Assembly (NCBI RefSeq): GCF_000150275.1
Contig: NW_002061085.1
Coordinates: forward strand, 1-5,061
DNA length: 5,061 bases
Direction of reading: 5' to 3'
DNA from: Trichoplax adhaerens
Lineage: Eukaryota; Animalia; Placozoa
Shown here: one piece after another, positions 1-5,061 of the stretch
Position numbering within the stretch: the stretch's first letter is position 1
Layout: each line of letters opens with the position of its first letter
Notes under the pieces: generated by a model
Told to the model about the DNA's origin: nothing
Seen by the model: the letters and a program-made list of their open reading frames with translations, nothing else
Databases searched by the model: none
Made by a program: the position numbers and the translations under genes

Positions 1-534
1 GTCATTTTTATCACTATATAAGTATTTGCATGCTTAAAGTGTAGTTGGACAGTCGCTTTTACCAATGTCCATATTTTATCATGTTTTGATTAACGTAATA
101 AATGATCACGCCGTCGCTTAATGACTTAATATGCGGCAATACAATAATAGCAAGATAGAGAGTCCTATTGAGTTGGGTTAGGGATGCTATTTATGCTTCA
201 TAGACGAATTGATCACGTTACTCTTCACTTTTTCGGTTACTTGTACAGTAGAATATAAGGTAGCAATCCGTCATCATTATGTCGCTGAAGAGATTGAGGC
301 AGAAAATAAACCTGTAATTGCTACTAAGGACTAAGACATGACTTTGGTAACTAGGCGAAGATTGTGAAGTAGTCTTGATAGCTGATTTACTCCTGCCACA
401 AGTTACTTCTAGACATTGTAAAACCAACACTGTCAATACTACTCATTTTTATAATTATAAATGGACTGCTAGTCATTCCAGCGCTTTCTTTTAAAATACG
501 ACTAATATCGTTTTAATGGTTAATTTGCATTCAG

Positions 535-722
535 AACTGGGAGGATTTCGATCAACTCAAGCAGCTTCTCAAGCAGCAACAAGCTTGGCTAGATGTACAC
601 AAAAATAATGTCGTTCAAATGATCTTGTGGTTTAGCATGTCAGATAGTTTGATCAAACAGCGAGCTTTGCAATTAGCTAAGGAAAATGTGCGAAATGGTG
701 AAAGTTATTGGAGCATGTCAAG
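535..722 (+). CDS. Exon A (first clear exon): NWEDFDQLKQLLKQQQAWLDVHKNNVVQMILWFSMSDSLIKQRALQLAKENVRNGESYWSMS(R); Apaf-1 helical domain 2-like
   Basis: Acceptor ttaatttgcattcAG (533-534); donor AG|GTAAGT (723); open frame, phase 0 to 2; Apaf-1 HD2 motif resemblance. Confidence 0.88.
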
Positions 723-3700
723 GTAAGTAAACTACTTCCAATTTCATCAATCCATAGCAGTACTACCTACTGTAATTTACACTATACTGTCGATTCTGAC
801 TTGCAAATAGGTGTTCAACTAGTGCAACAACTCAATATACTTATGATGCATGCAAAGCATACGGTAAGAATCGATTGGATCAGTCTATATCAGTTTCGAA
901 TCCCGACTTTGGAGACTTGCGAATAATTGGTACTCAAAATAATTATGGAGAAGACTGCCAAATTGTGGTATGTTAGTATACGATAATAAAACGGCAATGG
1001 CCAAGAATTAGAATGGACTATCGTTGAACTAGTGCTGAAAATACAATCCAATCAGTCATAGACTGCCAATAAAATCAATGCTGATTACTCGTTACTCTAT
1101 CATGTCATTCACGTCAATTCATGTCTTGCTCACTATTGCAATTGCTTTAATAGATTCAAGATTATCAAACATCACAAACTGTGCTTCAAATATCTCCACC
1201 AAGCATGCATATTGGAAAAGTGGAAATCTCAGCTGACGGTCGGACTGCAGCCTTCAAGCAATTAAGCAGAAAGGTAGCACATTGCAATTTGAGTAGGATT
1301 GAGTTGATGGTAAGTTAATTCTTCATTCATTTGTTGAATATTCTTAGGACGAGTGGATCGTTTACGATCTCGATAAAAATGAAGAAATAAGCTTTGCCCA
1401 AAACGATCAAGGGGAAGACGTTAAGACTGACTTTGATTCCGTACAATTTTGCCCTGCTCAATCTCAAACCCAAGTGATCATGACACTCTCTGGAGATTCC
1501 CGTGAAGTTAGGGTTAGCAGTGAATATGAGTTTAAGCGAATATTAATTAAGCATGCCAAGTGATTGAAAACTGTTGCGTTCAACTGTTGTTGTGCTGTGT
1601 ATTATTAGATTTGGAAGATTGAGGGGAATTGTATTAGACCTACAAATAAGCAAATATCACGCCAATACAAAATAGAATATTGTGGATGGGTACTAGTGCA
1701 AGATAGTGCTTGTGTCTTGTTGTGGTGGAGAAAATATCGAAGTCAAGGAGGGAAGTCTGAACCTGTCGATCCGCAAAATTGGATTAATGAATGTCAAATT
1801 GAAGTAAGCTACCATTGACTAAATGCAGTAAAGTCAAATATCGTCTCTTAGATCCAATTGATAAAAGCTATTTGTATCAATTTGATGGATAGATGTGGAA
1901 TGCACAGCAATGGACTTGTCGATCATTCAAAGTACCTGCTTTCATCCATGCAAAGGATGAAAATCGGTACTTTGCTACCAATGATTTTCAACATGGCTTG
2001 CCCTTAAGGCACATCAACATCTACCGTGATGCAGCCTATATGATATTGTCATACACCAGCTCTAGAAGTAGTACAATTGGTCTGTTAAAAATGGAAAAAG
2101 ATATCGAATTTGAAAAACAGTTTCGGCCAATATTACATGATGTTGGAAACGTTAATATTTTGGTATCAGGCGATCAGTCAATGATCGCCTTTGACTGTTA
2201 TAGTAAGGTTAGTGTAATATTGGGTTACTCATATTCATGATGCGTCATAAAGTAGATCAGCATAATATTTTATAGTGCAGTAATATTAGTCCTATATTGT
2301 AATACTGTGATATATTTAGAAACTCATACTCAAAATGAGTGGTGATCAAGTCCAATCTCGTGTTGAACTTGATCAATCTGGTCGATCAATGTTTATTCCT
2401 GGTAGTAATCGATTGCTTATTTATGATGCACCTAATGTTAATGTATATGAATATAATTTACAAGGTAAGACCTGATGGTTGTACAACAACTCTAATTTAA
2501 TCATGCATTCATTCATGGTCACAATCGTTTTTATTAAACTAAGGCGATAAAATTGCTTGGCAAGATATCTCTCAAACAAAATTGATTTTTGTTGGTTGGT
2601 CAGTTGATGTTGGTAGACCCCAACGTAACCCCCAAACTACCGTCAACATATTCGACGTAGGTTAAGCTTTCATCAGCACTAGTAGCTCTATCGACTTTGT
2701 TCAATCCTCTGCTCAATTGAATTGAATTGAATAATATTGATTGGTTGCAGCTGATCGAGTTTGTAGGTATAGAAGATTGTAGAAAGTACAGGGAATTAAT
2801 CAATGGAATACTTGAAGAAGAATCGACTGCTAAAGATTGGATACGCTTCAGATATAGAAAGAAGGATAACACACTCATTCTCTTTCCTGTATGTTGAAAA
2901 TACCAGTTTGAAGTTTGTATGAAAATGACGGTAGTATTATTTAGAAGAAGATGGTGAAAATGAGAATGCTTATGAGCTAACATGAGAAGTTGTTGAACTG
3001 ATTTTACAATTACGTTGGAGGTCAATTGGTCGAATTAATTAATTGATTTATTTCAGATATTCTCCTCAAAAGCAAGGTGGATAATAACTGTTAACCTTAC
3101 GACTGTTACTGACCATTACGAATTAATGAATTGATTTATTTCAGATTTATTTCTCCTCAAAAGCAAGGTGGATAATAACTATTAACCTTACAACCGGAAT
3201 GAAGAGCGTTGATCGACTGACATATAGTGGTTATGCTGGTGTTGTGTATGTTGACGATGATTATCTTTATGTTTGGGAAGATGTAAGACGTAGCTTGAAA
3301 GTAAGCGAGAACAATTTATTTCCATTTAATCTCTATTCTAAAGTGGAACCGTCTATAAATTGACTGTTCAGTTTCATGTCGAAAATAGCCTTGAATGTCG
3401 ACTTTGACGTCTATTGCAAATGGAGACGACCAATAACGACATTTCCAACTTGAATTTATTGTAGTGTTACAAGTTTGGGGATGGTGAATATCAATTACTG
3501 CAAAATATTGACTACCAAAGGAAGGAAGGATTAATGTGTAAAATAATGATGAATTATAACCCTCATAAGATTGAACATTCGCCTCTTGAGATGGAGAAAG
3601 AAGAATTAGTTGATGTATGGGGAGAGAAAGATGCCGAAATGATTGCTATTGCTCCTTTAACGGTAAGTCATAATGATCGCAGTGTCAATATGGAAATGAG

Positions 3701-4276
3701 TTGGAAGGAGGACGACAACGACTGTAATGAGTTGATTATGTAAGGAGCTCTACTCTAGTCCATAGCTGATCGTTACATTCCATTCAATTCATTATAGGGA
3801 CACTGTAATGGCTCACTTTTGCTACTACTGGAAAATGGAGACCATATAGCAGTAAGATATCTTACTTAGCAAATTAATAATTAGCAGTAAGATATCTTAC
3901 TTTAGCTTTACTTTACAATGTGACGTCGTCATTGTTGAACGTAGGTTGTGCTAATCATAAAATTATATGCCTATAGATACTCAACCAATATGGACATTTA
4001 CTCATGAAAAGATACAAAGACAACATCAAATACTTCGATGATTTCGACGAAAACAAATTCTTCGACCATGAAAATCTATGGTCGGACAAGCAGTTAATCC
4101 TATATGAAAATGGATCTAGTTTGAATATTTATAACCCCCAAACACTACAGCTACAAATCACTCTACCATTCCCTCACTTCCGGATATGGGACATGCAATG
4201 GAATCTTCAACACTCTCAACTCATCATCAGGAGTAGAAAGGATTACTGCTTAGTAACCCACGTGAAAAAGACATGA
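535..4276 (+). CDS. APAF1-like: Apaf-1-like (NB-ARC/WD40) protein, 5'-partial spliced CDS: join(535..722,811..967,1154..1273,1348..1512,1609..1803,1893..2207,2320..2464,2544..2656,2751..2888,3145..3300,3465..3662,3798..3851,3977..4276); 747 aa in window
   Basis: All 12 introns are GT..AG (74-256 nt) with matching phases, giving one continuous ORF to TGA at 4274-4276. First exon NVVQMIL..SDSLIKQRALQLAKENVRNGESY resembles human Apaf-1 HD2 end NIVQLGL..TSEVYQQAKLQAKQEVDNGMLY (recalled). WD40-like blades follow (IVIQDYQT..VEISADGR, EVRIWKI, IEMWNAQ, LNIYNPQT..MQWN). Length from HD2 to the C-terminus is similar to Apaf-1. Confidence 0.8.
811..967 (+). CDS. Exon B: CSTSATTQYTYDACKAYGKNRLDQSISVSNPDFGDLRIIGTQNNYGEDCQIV
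   Basis: Branch-like CTGAC (796-800); acceptor aatAG (809-810); donor GTG|GTATGT (968); phase 2 to 0. Confidence 0.8.
1154..1273 (+). CDS. Exon C: IQDYQTSQTVLQISPPSMHIGKVEISADGRTAAFKQLSRK (WD40-like blade)
   Basis: Acceptor tttaatAG (1152-1153); donor AAG|GTAGCA (1274). An alternative in-frame GTAAGT at 1310 makes the 3' end uncertain. Confidence 0.78.
1348..1512 (+). CDS. Exon D: DEWIVYDLDKNEEISFAQNDQGEDVKTDFDSVQFCPAQSQTQVIMTLSGDSREVR
   Basis: Acceptor ttcttAG (1346-1347); donor AGG|GTTAGC (1513); phase 0-0; WD-like SVQFCP..IMTLSGD..VR|IW. Confidence 0.8.
1609..1803 (+). CDS. Exon E: IWKIEGNCIRPTNKQISRQYKIEYCGWVLVQDSACVLLWWRKYRSQGGKSEPVDPQNWINECQIE
   Basis: Acceptor attattAG (1607-1608); donor GAA|GTAAGC (1804); phase 0-0; open frame. 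Confidence 0.83.
1893..2207 (+). CDS. Exon F: MWNAQQW...SMIAFDCYSK (105 aa; most of track ORF 1893..2240)
   Basis: Acceptor gatAG (1891-1892) directly before the ATG; donor AAG|GTTAGT (2208); junction CQIE|MWN is WD-like. Confidence 0.83.
2320..2464 (+). CDS. Exon G: KLILKMSGDQVQSRVELDQSGRSMFIPGSNRLLIYDAPNVNVYEYNLQ(G)
   Basis: Acceptor tatatttAG (2318-2319); donor AAG|GTAAGA (2465); phase 0 to 1. Confidence 0.8.
2544..2656 (+). CDS. Exon H: (G)DKIAWQDISQTKLIFVGWSVDVGRPQRNPQTTVNIFD
   Basis: Acceptor ctaAG (2542-2543, a weaker AAG; a second in-frame AAG lies at 2563-2564); donor GAC|GTAGGT (2657); phase 1 to 0. Confidence 0.65.
2715..2732. repeat. Short (AATTG)3+ microsatellite in an intron
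   Basis: aattgaattgaattgaat read directly. Confidence 0.8.
2751..2888 (+). CDS. Exon I: LIEFVGIEDCRKYRELINGILEEESTAKDWIRFRYRKKDNTLILFP
   Basis: Acceptor ttggttgcAG (2749-2750); donor CCT|GTATGT (2889); phase 0-0. Confidence 0.72.
3031..3194 (+). repeat. Direct duplication of the intron 3' end plus start of exon J (3031-3103 and 3119-3194)
   Basis: cgaattaat(t/g)aattgatttatttcag..ttctcctcaaaagcaaggtggataataact(g/a)ttaaccttac(g/a)ac occurs twice; about 3 substitutions and a 3-nt length difference. Confidence 0.97.
3145..3300 (+). CDS. Exon J: IYFSSKARWIITINLTTGMKSVDRLTYSGYAGVVYVDDDYLYVWEDVRRSLK
   Basis: Branch-like TACTGAC (3107-3113); acceptor tttatttcAG (3143-3144); donor AAA|GTAAGC (3301); phase 0-0. 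Confidence 0.8.
3465..3662 (+). CDS. Exon K: CYKFGDGEYQLLQNIDYQRKEGLMCKIMMNYNPHKIEHSPLEMEKEELVDVWGEKDAEMIAIAPLT
   Basis: Acceptor tttattgtAG (3463-3464); donor ACG|GTAAGT (3663); same frame as track ORF 3534..3743. Confidence 0.78.
3798..3851 (+). CDS. Exon L (54 nt): GHCNGSLLLLLENGDHIA
   Basis: Acceptor ttcattatAG (3796-3797); donor GCA|GTAAGA (3852); phase 0-0; LLLLENG.HIA|IL is typical of WD strands b-c. Confidence 0.7.
3847..3906. repeat. Direct repeat tagcagtaagatatcttact(t)tagc x2 (3847-3870, 3882-3906); each copy contains the perfect palindrome AGTAAGATATCTTACT
   Basis: Read directly; palindromes at 3851-3866 and 3886-3901. Confidence 0.97.
3977..4276 (+). CDS. Terminal exon M: ILNQYGHLLMKRY...LNIYNPQTLQLQITLPFPHFRIWDMQWNLQHSQLIIRSRKDYCLVTHVKKT*
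   Basis: Branch-like CTAAT (3951-3955); acceptor cctatAG (3975-3976); in frame with track ORF 4004..4276; last WD-like blade ends at the stop, as in Apaf-1. Confidence 0.85.
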   Translation: MLNQYGHLLMKRYKDNIKYFDDFDENKFFDHENLWSDKQLILYENGSSLNIYNPQTLQLQITLPFPHFRIWDMQWNLQHSQLIIRSRKDYCLVTHVKKT

Positions 4277-4339
4277 TATTTGCATGAAATGTAAAGTTAA
4301 TCTTGTATCTTGTACCCAATGCAATTTAACGAGAGTGAC

Positions 4340-4345
4340 AATAAA
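4340..4345 (+). promoter_or_regulatory. Putative polyadenylation signal AATAAA of the Apaf-1-like gene
   Basis: First AATAAA, about 64 nt after the stop. Others lie at 4446, 4450 and 4743, and AT-rich sequence makes chance hits common. Confidence 0.5.
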
Positions 4346-4574
4346 CTAAGTTAATATTGCTTCCATAATCAATGAAGATGATTGATGTGCATACTGTACA
4401 GATGGATAAAGTATACCCCCAATGTCAGTAAAACCAATACCCAAAAATAAATAAACCAAAGCATAATTAAAAGTAGTCTATGTCTAGTCTATGGTCAATG
4501 CAATTGCTGAGCTAGTTTAATGTCTATTACAAATCGTAGTCAAAGAGCGACTTGAAAGAGAAAATGAAAAACAT
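4346..4574 (-). pseudogene. Possible decayed SPRY/B30.2-like terminal exon, copy 1
   Basis: - strand reads SAIALTID*T*TTFNYALVYLFLGIGFTDIGGILYPSVQYAHQSSSLIMEAILT*. A pyrimidine tract and TTACAG acceptor (AG at 4576-4575) precede it. It contains in-frame stops. Confidence 0.4.
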
Positions 4575-4748
4575 CTGTAACAAAACATTGGTAAAATAGG
4601 AGGAGAACATAAAGATCAACATAGGGATGGAGAAAATGGATTGCAAAATTGCAGCCTATCTATCATTAAGCATCCCATCTAGTCTAAAGTAGATATTGAT
4701 GACAGTCTTGTAATACTGTAGATGGCGATCTCTTCAGCTATTAATAAA

Positions 4749-4964
4749 CTAAATCAACATCACCTCTATCAATGAAGATGATGGATGTGTGCTTTGTACA
4801 GATGGATAAAGTATACCCCTAATGTCAGTAAAACCAATGCCCAAAAATAAATAATGCAAAACACCATTGCATATTCGTCCATGGGGAGAATGCAATAGTT
4901 GAGTTGGTTCGATTGTAATTATAAATGGCAGTGAAAGAGAGATTTAAAGAGAAAACGAAAACAT
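4749..4964 (-). pseudogene. Possible decayed SPRY/B30.2-like terminal exon, copy 2
   Basis: - strand reads HYLFLGIGFTDIRGILYPSVQSTHPSSSLIEVMLI*. The position homologous to the copy 1 acceptor is TTACAA (no AG), and there is an 8-nt length difference upstream of the core. Confidence 0.35.
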
Positions 4965-5061
4965 TTGTAAAAAGATTCAGGATTAAGATTGAGTTAAAAT
5001 AGGATGAGAAAATAAAAATAGAGATAAAGAAAATGATTTGCGAAATTGCAGTCGATCATAA

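Larger units (their letters stand above)
4340..5061. repeat. Diverged ~400-bp-period tandem duplication (copy 1 ~4340-4660, copy 2 ~4743-5061)
   Basis: Core 4395-4454 vs 4795-4854 is near-identical at an offset of exactly 400. Further collinear matches: aataaactaa, atcaatgaagatgat, aatgcaat, aaagagaaaa.gaaaa, taaaatagga.gagaa, aaattgcag. Confidence 0.95.

Noticed and set aside
175-183. GGGTTAGGG telomere-like word (similar word near 1507-1517)
   Set aside because: Fewer than two full units; chance.
218-436. Track ORF, - strand, 72 aa
   Set aside because: Short, no recognisable motif, no ATG at the called start, and antisense to the main gene region.
708-926. Track ORF, + strand, 72 aa
   Set aside because: Non-ATG start. 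It runs through intron 723-810 and is out of frame with exon A.
1851-1892. Alternative acceptor ctcttAG at 1850-1851
   Set aside because: It leaves a 48-nt intron and adds 41 nt, causing a frameshift. The 1892 acceptor gives the WD-like junction.
2945-2990. Purine-rich exon-like stretch after ttatttAG (2944)
   Set aside because: All three frames hit stops within about 45 nt and there is no convincing donor.
2600-3025. Track ORF, - strand, 141 aa
   Set aside because: Antisense shadow across exons H and I and their introns; no ATG at the called start and no family motif.
3031-3906. Repeats as a CRISPR array or transposon termini
   Set aside because: Only two copies each, in a eukaryotic intron context, with no spacer series, transposase or clear target-site duplication.
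1893-4276. Track ORFs 1893..2240, 3534..3743 and 4004..4276 as standalone genes
   Set aside because: Each is an exon of the spliced gene with flanking splice sites; their Met starts are internal.
4400-4900. Repeat units as decayed copies of terminal exon M (atggat, acccccaa, atgcaat matches)
   Set aside because: Only short scattered words with inconsistent spacing, as expected by chance in AT-rich DNA.
4760-5055. Hydrophobic - strand frame resembling class A GPCR TM2-TM3 (TNVFVFSL..FIFGHWF..IDR)
   Set aside because: Motif spacing is wrong, the supposed TM2 is polar, there are stops, and T-rich sequence explains the hydrophobicity.

Overview
AT-rich eukaryotic genomic DNA with short GT-AG introns. 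The ORF track is misleading because the main gene is spliced. On the + strand I can assemble 13 phase-compatible exons (535-4276; 2244 nt, 747 codons plus TGA) with no internal stop. They encode the C-terminal part of an Apaf-1-like (NB-ARC/STAND) protein: the end of helical domain 2 followed by a long, highly degenerate WD40-like beta-propeller region. The N-terminal effector and NB-ARC exons are not in the window. The short introns and AT richness resemble a compact basal-metazoan genome such as a placozoan (inference only). Notable structure: (1) a tandem-duplicated splice acceptor plus exon start whose upstream copy leads to a premature stop; (2) a tandem-duplicated splice donor inside a perfect 16-bp palindrome whose downstream copy also leads to a premature stop; (3) mostly phase-0, blade-sized exons; (4) a terminal exon with very different codon usage; (5) just past the poly(A) signal, a diverged ~400-bp tandem duplication that reads on the - strand like decayed SPRY-domain C-termini. 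All family assignments come from remembered motifs, not database searches.
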